From Escherichia phage vB_EcoM_IME392, in sequence record MH719082.1: 64,000 nucleotides of DNA; one strand, written 5' to 3'. The notes under the pieces were generated by a model. That model was not told where the DNA came from. It made no database searches and saw nothing but the letters and a program-made list of their open reading frames with translations. Positions 7,973 through 16,139 of the stretch are shown one piece after another (position 1 is the stretch's first letter; each line of letters begins with the position of its first letter). Made by a program: the position numbers and the translations under genes.

Positions 7973-8713
7973 TTACTTTAATTCGGAGAGATCTGCGATC
8001 TTCACCTTAGCTGATACATCCCAGATTCCTTCACCAAATCCGGTATCTTCCAGCAGCTTAGGCACTTCACGTTTCTGTACCTTAGATTGCTCGTACTTAA
8101 GCAGAGGAATATTACCGGTCTTATCTGATTGATCCCACAGATAAGTAGCAGCACCGATGTTATCGAACAGTGCGAGATCTGGATTAAACTGGGTAAGGAG
8201 TCGGCAGTCCCAGTGAGACTTATGTTCCTCGAAAGGATTAGTTTCCGTGCCACGCTGACGATACTCATAGTTAGGAGTACCGATCACGATTTTAGCCTTA
8301 GACTGGAATAGCTTAGACAACACCATAAGCCCGTCTTCGCTATCCAGATGCTCCAACACATCCAGCCAGATAATAGTGCCGAATTTATCCAGCTCTTCAA
8401 TAGGAAGATCTTTCAACAGTTCAACGATATTGCAGATATAGATATCGCTATATACATTTACACTGCCTTTGATGTAGTCTTCGCAGATGTCCAGACCTGT
8501 AATCTGACCATCGAATCCTGCGTTACGGAGAGCAAGACCAATTTCTCCACGACCTAATCCCATATCCAGGATTGGCCCGGAGATAATTTCGTTACGGAGC
8601 ATCCATTGGAGAAAGTGCTTCTGGACTAAGTAGGAGGTGCCTCCGTTGCCCAGTGAAGCCTTCGTGACCTTAGTACCAGGAACGAAATTACACTCGATAT
8701 GTTTACCAAACAT
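7973..8713 (-). CDS. Class I SAM-dependent methyltransferase
   Basis: Motif I ILDMGLGRGEIG, GLDICEDY, and the IIWLDVLEHL block typical of Methyltransf_11/23-type enzymes. Confidence 0.75.
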   Translation of the reverse strand: MFGKHIECNFVPGTKVTKASLGNGGTSYLVQKHFLQWMLRNEIISGPILDMGLGRGEIGLALRNAGFDGQITGLDICEDYIKGSVNVYSDIYICNIVELLKDLPIEELDKFGTIIWLDVLEHLDSEDGLMVLSKLFQSKAKIVIGTPNYEYRQRGTETNPFEEHKSHWDCRLLTQFNPDLALFDNIGAATYLWDQSDKTGNIPLLKYEQSKVQKREVPKLLEDTGFGEGIWDVSAKVKIADLSELK

Positions 8714-8739
8714 GTTCTGTCCTCATTAGTTTCGACACC

Positions 8740-8770
8740 TTAACAGCCTTTGGAGCCGTAAAAGAAGTGG
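8740..8770 (-). promoter_or_regulatory. Conserved promoter-like motif, copy 5
   Basis: Minus strand reads CCACTTCTTTTACGGCTCCAAAGGCTGTTAA followed by GGT. It sits between the 8785-8812 terminator and ATG 8713. Confidence 0.6.
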
Positions 8771-8784
8771 TATTGTACATATTC

Positions 8785-8812
8785 AAAAATTAGGGTGGCC
8801 GAAGCCACCCTA
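8785..8812 (-). terminator. Rho-independent terminator (UUCG loop)
   Basis: Stem tagggtggc / gccacccta (8791-8799 / 8804-8812). The loop cgaa is UUCG on the minus strand. A T5 run follows on the minus strand (plus-strand aaaaa 8785-8789). Confidence 0.75.
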
Positions 8813-8817
8813 GTTAG

Positions 8818-10065
8818 TTACAGTTTACCGATCATCTTCTGAATCATCTCGTCAGAAGTCTGATTCTCTACCTTAGCACGACGTTCTTGCAGATTAGCAA
8901 TGCGGTCGTCGTGATCTTTCTTACGTAGCATGCTGATGCTACGGCTAAGGCAGGAATTCAACACTTCCTGGGTAATACCGAGAGCTTTGATGATCTGAGC
9001 ATCAGACTTATCCTGCATAACCAGCTCGCCCACTTTAGGAAGAATCTGGTAAATCTCGATGTCTCGGTCAATCTTCTTAAGAGACTCAGTCTTATGGACG
9101 GAGAATGCCTGATTGTAGAGAGCCATCGTGACTGCAATCCAGTCGCGAATACCCATCGTCACCAGTTGACCATTGTAGGCTACCTGGATACGATGCGAGC
9201 GGTTCATGTAAGCAATATTCATGCATGCTTCGTGAACCTCGTCCATATCGATGGTCCTGATACGGGGAGCCTTCATTACTCGGATATAGATCTTATCCTT
9301 GGACATGTTCTTGACCAGGATCTTACCTTCTGATAACCACTTATTCAGGAACCCGATGCGAGGAGTAATTACCTCACCAGACCCGATGATGTCGATGGTG
9401 TCGGTATTGACGCGAGTTACCTTAAGGGTAAGGCCTAAGCGACCTACACCAGTTTCCCATAAGGACTTAAGGTCTGACTTACTCGGCACGATATCATACC
9501 CGTACTGAGCCTTAAGCAGATTATAATCGTCATGCTTGTAGGCTTCCAGCAGACTCTCGTAAGTGAATGCTGGGATACGGGACTGAATACCAGTAGCCCA
9601 TGAGAAGGTACCATACATCAGAGCATACGGAATAGGCACTGGAAGGTATGCGTATTCCATCTTCTCTTCACCTTCAACCTGCGGAACATAGTCCGCTAGA
9701 CCGAAGTAGTATTCTGCACGATCTTCGTTCAGGCCAACCTTCGTGTAACGAGGAGCAGCACCAGGAACTTCTTCCAGCAACTTAACGCCGAAAGATCCCT
9801 GACCATCAATAGCACCGATGCGAGCAAGACGGGAAATAGTCCCATCGATAGACTGGTCACCGAATGGGTGTAGCGACTGAGTTTCTGAGATAGCGCTCAG
9901 AGTCCCCACCAGCTTCCCACGAGCAATGCTATTCAGAGCCATGTAGATACGGCGCTGGGCAGGAATCAGGCCATCGATACCGGGAACTACACGATGAAGA
10001 GCACAATACACACTGTAGTCAGTGTAGTTCTTGGTGATGAATTCAGAAATCTTTACCTGTTCCAT
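8818..10065 (-). CDS. DNA topoisomerase II, DNA-cleavage subunit (T4 gp52-like / GyrA N-terminal-like)
   Basis: DGLIPAQRRIYMAL (GyrA/ParC motif DGLKPVQRR) and AAPRYTKVGL (active-site Tyr context). Adjacent to the ATPase/Toprim subunit. Confidence 0.85.
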   Translation of the reverse strand: MEQVKISEFITKNYTDYSVYCALHRVVPGIDGLIPAQRRIYMALNSIARGKLVGTLSAISETQSLHPFGDQSIDGTISRLARIGAIDGQGSFGVKLLEEVPGAAPRYTKVGLNEDRAEYYFGLADYVPQVEGEEKMEYAYLPVPIPYALMYGTFSWATGIQSRIPAFTYESLLEAYKHDDYNLLKAQYGYDIVPSKSDLKSLWETGVGRLGLTLKVTRVNTDTIDIIGSGEVITPRIGFLNKWLSEGKILVKNMSKDKIYIRVMKAPRIRTIDMDEVHEACMNIAYMNRSHRIQVAYNGQLVTMGIRDWIAVTMALYNQAFSVHKTESLKKIDRDIEIYQILPKVGELVMQDKSDAQIIKALGITQEVLNSCLSRSISMLRKKDHDDRIANLQERRAKVENQTSDEMIQKMIGKL

Positions 10066-10067
10066 AA

Positions 10068-12053
10068 TTACTCCTTAAACAGACCGTAGTCTTCTAACAG
10101 TTGGCGACGAGCACGAGATGAGTACAGCAACTTACGAGCGGCATCGAGATGCTCTTCATTATCATCGTAGGTTACCTGGATAAGACGGCGAGATTTCGAG
10201 TTAATGATGAATTGCTCAGTTTCTTCTTCGGTATATGACCCGAGTCCCTTACGACGTTCAACATAGCACTTATCGAAGTCGATCTTATCCTTCTCGTCAG
10301 CGTAGTAGAACTCGGTCTTCTTACCATTCTTAACTACATAGAACGGAGCTTCGAGTTTATACAGACGACCATCTTTAACCAGCTCTGGAGCATGGATAAG
10401 GAAGATTGAGCTAATGAGGTTACTGATGTGCTGACCATCAACATCAAGGTCGGTCATAATGATGATCTTACCGTAACGAGCCTTATCTATGTCAAACATC
10501 TGGCCCATACCACACCCGATAGTATTGATGATCGCCAGCAGCTCTGGGTTATTCACGAATTCCATGATATCCATGGAAGCCGAGTTACGCATCTTACCGC
10601 GAAGAGGAAGCACCGACTGATACTCATTACGCAACTTGATGATATTACCAGAAGCAGACGGACCCTCTGTGATGAACAGCTCACGAAGATCCCAGCGGTC
10701 GGACGGAGATTCGTAGATCTTCGCCATGTCACCATCCATAGCGGCCTTACGGTGATCATCACCCATCACCAGCTTAGACTTAATGAAGTCCATGTTGGAG
10801 AGTTTATTCAGGCTAGCTTTGTAAGCCAGGATCTTGGCAATCAGAGCATCAAAGAATTGCTTATTCTTCTCGTATACCAGGCTGAAGTAGAATGTGAGCT
10901 GACTCAGGCATTCTTTCTCGTAGAAGAAGTACTCGCCATAATAGTCGTAATCGTTGATTTGCTCATCATTCAGCATCAACTTATTCTTAGCCATGATTTC
11001 CCAGTCGCTCCAGGACATACCGAGGCCAGTTAACTTCTCCTTAGTCTGCGAGGAGAATGCTGTACGATAGCTGGAGAAGACGTTAGTGAACACGATCAAT
11101 CCCAGCTTAGCATCACCAACAGTGATAGCAGAGTTAACTTTATTCAGCATACCGCCGAGCGCTCTCGTGACCAGCTTCTCATGCAGACCACCATGCGGGT
11201 TATTGATCAAGTTGATCATGTCTACATGGGAGTAGGACATATTCTTATCAGAGTAGCCCAACTCACCAGAGAAGGTCAGACGATCGTTGAACGAGAACTC
11301 GTACTTGACTGTAGTATCGAGGAACAGCTTCTCATTCTCTGCAACATCACGACGAAAATCCCAGGTAGCCAGAGCTTCACCATTAACGGTGATAGTTGCA
11401 TCACGACCAATCAGGGAGATCTTCAGAGGAACAGTATCCACATCAGACCAGATGCTGCGGTACAGAGTCGCATCAGGCACCATGAAGACTGCTGTGGAGA
11501 AGTCGGTAGCCTTTAACGTCTCGAGCACTTCGTCTGGGAAGCCATCGTCGTGAAGATCATTCAGATCATTGATCACTCCATCGATTTCCATAACACCACG
11601 GCGGAATCCGAGGACATAGAACTGACCTGGCTCCATAGGGATGTGTGCCTTATCTCCCTGCATTACGCGACGGATTACAACGAATCGCTCGGACACTGCG
11701 TTAACAGCGGAGCTACCTACGCCATGGGTACCAGAGGTAATTTCACGGTTATCGCCCAGCTTAGAGCCAGCATGCAGATCTGTTACAGTAGAGAACAGAA
11801 TAGATTTAGACGGATCTTCCGGATCAGCGTAGATAGGAATACCACGTCCGTTATCGGTAACCAACTTGTAGGCTTCACGGTTAATGATCTGCACTAGGTT
11901 AGCATAACCATTAAGCAGCTCGTCCTCCGCATTATTGATTATTTCCTGGAGAGGATGAGTGTAGTTAATCGGGTCACCGAGATACATGGATACGTTCTGA
12001 CGAACGTTATCAGGGTAACGCAATCTTGTGATTTCAATAGCATGTTCTGACAT
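10068..12053 (-). CDS. DNA topoisomerase II, ATPase + Toprim subunit (T4 gp39-like / GyrB-like)
   Basis: NNAEDE, DNGRGIP, GTHGVGSSAVNAVS (GHKL ATPase blocks), ITEGPSASG and MTDLDVDGQHI (Toprim). Confidence 0.9.
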   Translation of the reverse strand: MSEHAIEITRLRYPDNVRQNVSMYLGDPINYTHPLQEIINNAEDELLNGYANLVQIINREAYKLVTDNGRGIPIYADPEDPSKSILFSTVTDLHAGSKLGDNREITSGTHGVGSSAVNAVSERFVVIRRVMQGDKAHIPMEPGQFYVLGFRRGVMEIDGVINDLNDLHDDGFPDEVLETLKATDFSTAVFMVPDATLYRSIWSDVDTVPLKISLIGRDATITVNGEALATWDFRRDVAENEKLFLDTTVKYEFSFNDRLTFSGELGYSDKNMSYSHVDMINLINNPHGGLHEKLVTRALGGMLNKVNSAITVGDAKLGLIVFTNVFSSYRTAFSSQTKEKLTGLGMSWSDWEIMAKNKLMLNDEQINDYDYYGEYFFYEKECLSQLTFYFSLVYEKNKQFFDALIAKILAYKASLNKLSNMDFIKSKLVMGDDHRKAAMDGDMAKIYESPSDRWDLRELFITEGPSASGNIIKLRNEYQSVLPLRGKMRNSASMDIMEFVNNPELLAIINTIGCGMGQMFDIDKARYGKIIIMTDLDVDGQHISNLISSIFLIHAPELVKDGRLYKLEAPFYVVKNGKKTEFYYADEKDKIDFDKCYVERRKGLGSYTEEETEQFIINSKSRRLIQVTYDDNEEHLDAARKLLYSSRARRQLLEDYGLFKE

Positions 12054-12089
12054 AATTTCTCCGGTCAGGTTTAAATAAGCTCACACAGT

Positions 12090-12120
12090 TTAACAGCCTT
12101 TGGAGGCCTCAAAGGAGCGG
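12090..12120 (-). promoter_or_regulatory. Conserved promoter-like motif, copy 6
   Basis: Minus strand reads CCGCTCCTTTGAGGCCTCCAAAGGCTGTTAA followed by ACT. It lies inside the last 10 codons of ORF 12090-12752 and about 35 nt before ATG 12053. Confidence 0.55.
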
Positions 12121-12752
12121 TTCACGAACAGGACTAAATCCTCTACTCTGGACTTATCTACCCACTCTGTTCTTCCTGGTAAGGACCTATTAGACTCGGA
12201 GAAGAAAGATAATCTCACTTTTGATTCTAAATCCACTCCCTCTTCTTTAGGCATCTCGATTAAGATTAGCGGGGTCATACCGATGCCTAATCCATCTAAT
12301 CTTCTTTCTATATTTGAAGTAATCCCATATTTAGCATTTCCAGATTGGTCCAATACGATATAAAAGACCACCTTACCTTCTGGAATGGTAGATATCGCTA
12401 GGTTCTTAATCACAGAGTTAGCGTATTCAGGATTCAACCATCGTTTATGATTTGAAGAGGATATCACTTTAGACATCTTCTTCTGGTAGTTCTCATCTTC
12501 CCACATTTTAATGTTGCGATTAGTCATGGAAACAGACCTAGCCCTGGTGGCGCATTCTGATCTTCCACATGTAGGACGATAGCCCTTAATCACGGATTTA
12601 AAGGAGCAGGGTTTTCCACATGAACATATTTTTACAGGAAAGAATTTTAAGTAATATTCATGCGGAGTTAAGCCATGAGATTTGGCATGGGAGGGAAATG
12701 CCTGGCCTCTTACTTCGGCAGAGCATATTCTACATTTATGATTCATAATCAT
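12090..12752 (-). CDS. Free-standing homing-endonuclease-like protein (N-terminal Zn-ribbon, DNA-binding repeats, C-terminal T5orf172/GIY-YIG-like domain)
   Basis: CRICSAEV...SHAKSHGLTPHEYY; repeats W.D.NY.KKMS / RWLNPEY; C-terminal VVFYIVLDQSGNAKYGITSNIERRL. Visibly more AT-rich than the flanking topoisomerase genes. Confidence 0.5.
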   Translation of the reverse strand: MIMNHKCRICSAEVRGQAFPSHAKSHGLTPHEYYLKFFPVKICSCGKPCSFKSVIKGYRPTCGRSECATRARSVSMTNRNIKMWEDENYQKKMSKVISSSNHKRWLNPEYANSVIKNLAISTIPEGKVVFYIVLDQSGNAKYGITSNIERRLDGLGIGMTPLILIEMPKEEGVDLESKVRLSFFSESNRSLPGRTEWVDKSRVEDLVLFVNRSFEASKGC

Positions 12753-12990
12753 ACCACTTAGTTAATTCAAGGAAGTCATCCATCGCGGAATTAAAGAAGG
12801 AGTCTATCTCCTTAGCCATTTCCTTGGCGAAGCGACCAGATTCGGTCGACATCACTACCTTAGCCTCGCCCATAGGGTGCTTGACCACTTCGTAGATTCC
12901 CAGATTTGGGTAATACACTATGCTGGATAGGAAGTTTACAGACTTAACCACCACAGTATTGAATTGAGTTACTTCCACCATCTTAATCAT
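12736..12990 (-). CDS. Hypothetical 84-aa protein (paralog of the next gene)
   Basis: ORF with overlapping junctions. Shares the pattern Y.P....Y.V ... DSF....D.FL with ORF 12987-13226. Confidence 0.5.
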   Translation of the reverse strand: MIKMVEVTQFNTVVVKSVNFLSSIVYYPNLGIYEVVKHPMGEAKVVMSTESGRFAKEMAKEIDSFFNSAMDDFLELTKWYDYES

Positions 12991-13226
12991 GCTTCACCTA
13001 CCATTTTCAGGAAGGTGTCTACCATAATCGGGTCGAAGCTATCGACATCGGCAGTATGCATCAGGGCGGAGAATAATGAGTTAGCCCAGTGCTCCGTAAC
13101 TCCGTCTTTACCTTCGAGAATTACGCAGTACTGATCTTTGGAAGGATGGTACTGAATCTTAGCAACATTGCGATTCGAGGTCAGGACCAAAATCTTGGTT
13201 CCCGAGATAGTGAAGATTCTAGACAT
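12987..13226 (-). CDS. Hypothetical 79-aa protein
   Basis: I place the start at ATG 13226 (MSRIFTISG). The track's longer start at 13301 would run into the terminator/promoter region. Confidence 0.45.
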   Translation of the reverse strand: MSRIFTISGTKILVLTSNRNVAKIQYHPSKDQYCVILEGKDGVTEHWANSLFSALMHTADVDSFDPIMVDTFLKMVGEA

Positions 13227-13345
13227 ATAATAATCCCAAATTAGAAGATCCGCAGCGGGAACGCCCCGCCACCCAAAAGAACGGGCTTTAGGAGGTCCCA
13301 TAAATCGTTTTATTTTTCATTATTTGAAAAATAAAATAATCTACA

Positions 13346-13370
13346 CAAAAATGGGGTCCGAAGACCCCAT
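13346..13370 (-). terminator. Rho-independent terminator (UUCG loop)
   Basis: Stem atggggtc / gaccccat (13351-13358 / 13363-13370), loop cgaa, then a T5 run on the minus strand. It lies 4 nt after the stop of the Mre11-Rad50 gene. Confidence 0.75.
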
Positions 13371-13373
13371 CAA

Positions 13374-16139
13374 CTACTCTTCCATAAACGTAGTTACGTT
13401 ATTGGAAAGGTAGGCACCAATTTTAGTGTTATATCTCTGGAAGGTAGGAACATGGGTAACCAGGATGATGTGGTTAACCGGAATGTCCTGAAGAGCATCA
13501 ATAGCTACGTCCAGAGTATTTACGTCCAGATTTCGCAGAGACTCATCCAGAATCAGACATCCTGCTCCCTTACTGAGGCTAATCAGCTTACCGATGAACA
13601 GTACGTCCACCAGGTTCTGTTGGCCACCAGACAGATCAGCATACGGAATTAACAGATCTCCAACTTTGTATTGAACATCGAAGTCAATCTTGATAGCTCC
13701 GTTAGCCTGTTCACGAACAGTAGAAATTACCATATCTCCACCAGTCATCATAGCAGCTACTTCTTTGAAGATAGAAGCAGTTACATCGCCGCTATTAGTG
13801 AACAGGCTCTGATACTCAACCAGTTTCTGATACTTAGGCTGGAGAATAGCCAACTGCGCATTAGCATCGTCGAGTTTCTTCTGAGCCTCGTCCATACGAG
13901 TCTTCAGACTACGAAGAGTAGCCATAGCGCCGATGGTAGAGTTGATCTCGATTAGCTCCTGCTCCAGCTTAGCCACTTCCTCTTCGAGAACCTGCACGGA
14001 AGGATAGGACTTAGTCTTACTCTTAAGCACTTCCACGTCGCTATTAACGGTATGGATCTTCTGACGAAGAGTAGCCACATCGTTCAGCAGACCGGACTTA
14101 CGTCTTAGTTCGGCTAATTCACTATTCTTAACGTTAAGCTTCTCTCTGAGTTCATCAGACTTAGGAGCCTTACTGATCTCAGCCTCGACAGCATCCAGCT
14201 TAGTAACAGATGCAGATCCTTGGGTTTCGAGATCATCCATCTTAGCTCTGATAGACTTCTCTACTTCTTTAATGTCCTCTTCCTTAAGGGACTGCTTACA
14301 GGTTGGGCACGTAGTAGGGATGTTGCGCATCTCGGTCTCGAGCTTAGTTAACTCCTTCTCTAAGCGAGTTAACTCATTAGTCAGAGATTCACTCTGATTA
14401 TGCAGTGACCGGATGTTACCTTCTACTTCAGATACCTCGGCATCCAGAGTAGTGATTTCGTCCCGGACCTTAGCGAGAGCGGAGTTAACCTCCTCTTCGT
14501 TAAAGTCAATCTTGAACGCAGCCAGAGAATCTTCCAGCATCTGGAGACTCTGTAGCTTACTGTCCAGATTACCCAGCTCACGGATCTTCTGACGAATATC
14601 ATCAATCTGTGGCAGGATTCGAGACTTATCTTCTTCCAGATTACTCACGTCCTTAAGTTTGGAGAAGTCGTGATCCTCCATGGTCTTAAGGACTTCTTCC
14701 TGAGCAGTTACCTGGGTCTGATAGTTACTGATCTCTACCTTACAGTTCTTAGCCGAGGCCTTTGCGACAGCTTCGTACTGGTTAATTACGGTAAGACCGA
14801 GCATCTTCGTGATCAGGTTAATACGTTCGTTGAATCCGAACTGGCTCAAGAACGGAGGACTATTCTGGGAACGATACAGAAGATCGAAGTGTTCGAGGAA
14901 TGGCAACATCTCCCAGAGCTTAGCTTCACGCTCTCGGATACTACCACCATCCATCTCATCACCATCAATCCAGACTCGGAAAGTCTGACCACCAGCCCAA
15001 TGGCGACTGATCAGGAATTCACGACCACCATACTCTAGCATCACTTCTACCAGAAGATGGTCTTGACCGCGTCTCACCACGTTACGAGGACTGTCGCTAC
15101 CAGTTAAGCAGTAGTTAAGAGCTCTCAGCAACGAGGATTTACCGTTACCAGTTTCGCCGTAGAGATAAGTAAGACCTCGCTTAAAGTTAAGCTCCAGCTT
15201 ATCAATACTGCGGAAGTTCTCTACCTTAATACTATTCAAGGTAAAGTTAAGGTCGAAGACCGACTCGGAACGATCAACGTGGGTAGACATCTCATCATGG
15301 ATATCTTTAAGACCCTTTGCCCGAACGACTTTGTCGATTACTTCTTCAACATCGATAGATTTAACTGAGATGCGTGAAGCATCCATCATCTGAGCTCTTT
15401 CACGAACTACCAGATGAGGGTAATTATCCATACCGGCAGGTACTTCATCTTCCCAGTACATCTTGAGGTATTTGTAGGAGTCAGACTCTACCGGAACCCG
15501 CTGCCAGGAAAGATCTTTAAGATCCAGCAGCACCAAGCTACCGTCCTGACAGTCACCCATCCCGTGAGGAATAGGTACGTTAACCGAGTGGGTATGACCG
15601 ATGCTGATAGGACGATGGATGTCACCAGCAAATCCCAGCTCATACTTAGTATCGTCGAACTCCTGACCAAACATAGAGGACAGAGTAATGTGGCCAATAA
15701 GGACATCTACTTTATCTTCGATAAAACTGAAGTCCTGGGTAGGACGCCAGTCGCTAAAGGCGACCTTACGGCCACCTAAGTTCAGGATTTTACCATCGAC
15801 ATATTCTGCCTTACCAGCGAGGATCGGCACCAGTGAGTTCTGGTAGTGATCAGCATCTACTGATTTGGAGTTAATGTCGTGGTTACCCAGAATATAATAA
15901 ATCTCGGTAAACTGCTCACCGAGGATCTCCATAAACTGGGATGTAGCGTGTGCAATTTTAGGCTCATGCTGAGCCTTATGCACTAAGTCGCCAGCGATAG
16001 ACAGACAGGTTACTTTATGTTCCCTGCCCATCTCCGCCATACGATGAGCTAAACCGATAAACTGCTTTAAGCGAAACCCTTCCGAGTTATGCTGCTGAAA
16101 TTCATGGATATGAATATCAGCTACGATCAACATTTTCAT
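13374..16139 (-). CDS. Fused Mre11/SbcD-like nuclease + Rad50/SbcC-like ATPase (T4 gp47+gp46 equivalents in one 921-aa chain)
   Basis: N-terminus has phosphoesterase motifs ADIHIH, AGDLVHK, LGNHD, GHITL, GDIHRP, GHTH. From about aa 300: Walker A YGETGNGKSSLL, long coiled coil, zinc hook CPTCKQ, signature LSGGQQ, Walker B CLILDE. Confidence 0.85.
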   Translation of the reverse strand: MKMLIVADIHIHEFQQHNSEGFRLKQFIGLAHRMAEMGREHKVTCLSIAGDLVHKAQHEPKIAHATSQFMEILGEQFTEIYYILGNHDINSKSVDADHYQNSLVPILAGKAEYVDGKILNLGGRKVAFSDWRPTQDFSFIEDKVDVLIGHITLSSMFGQEFDDTKYELGFAGDIHRPISIGHTHSVNVPIPHGMGDCQDGSLVLLDLKDLSWQRVPVESDSYKYLKMYWEDEVPAGMDNYPHLVVRERAQMMDASRISVKSIDVEEVIDKVVRAKGLKDIHDEMSTHVDRSESVFDLNFTLNSIKVENFRSIDKLELNFKRGLTYLYGETGNGKSSLLRALNYCLTGSDSPRNVVRRGQDHLLVEVMLEYGGREFLISRHWAGGQTFRVWIDGDEMDGGSIREREAKLWEMLPFLEHFDLLYRSQNSPPFLSQFGFNERINLITKMLGLTVINQYEAVAKASAKNCKVEISNYQTQVTAQEEVLKTMEDHDFSKLKDVSNLEEDKSRILPQIDDIRQKIRELGNLDSKLQSLQMLEDSLAAFKIDFNEEEVNSALAKVRDEITTLDAEVSEVEGNIRSLHNQSESLTNELTRLEKELTKLETEMRNIPTTCPTCKQSLKEEDIKEVEKSIRAKMDDLETQGSASVTKLDAVEAEISKAPKSDELREKLNVKNSELAELRRKSGLLNDVATLRQKIHTVNSDVEVLKSKTKSYPSVQVLEEEVAKLEQELIEINSTIGAMATLRSLKTRMDEAQKKLDDANAQLAILQPKYQKLVEYQSLFTNSGDVTASIFKEVAAMMTGGDMVISTVREQANGAIKIDFDVQYKVGDLLIPYADLSGGQQNLVDVLFIGKLISLSKGAGCLILDESLRNLDVNTLDVAIDALQDIPVNHIILVTHVPTFQRYNTKIGAYLSNNVTTFMEE

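Noticed and set aside
10428-11033. 201-aa plus-strand ORF inside the topoisomerase ATPase gene.
   Set aside because: It is antisense to a gene with unambiguous GHKL/Toprim motifs and has no RBS or motif of its own.
13227-13301. N-terminal extensions used by the ORF track (13301, 1662, 23321, 23696, 28388, 29195, 29293, 39863, 41950, 49478, 54866).
   Set aside because: Each extension uses a non-ATG or upstream start that overlaps a terminator, a promoter motif or the preceding gene. In every case an internal ATG with a proper Shine-Dalgarno is available.
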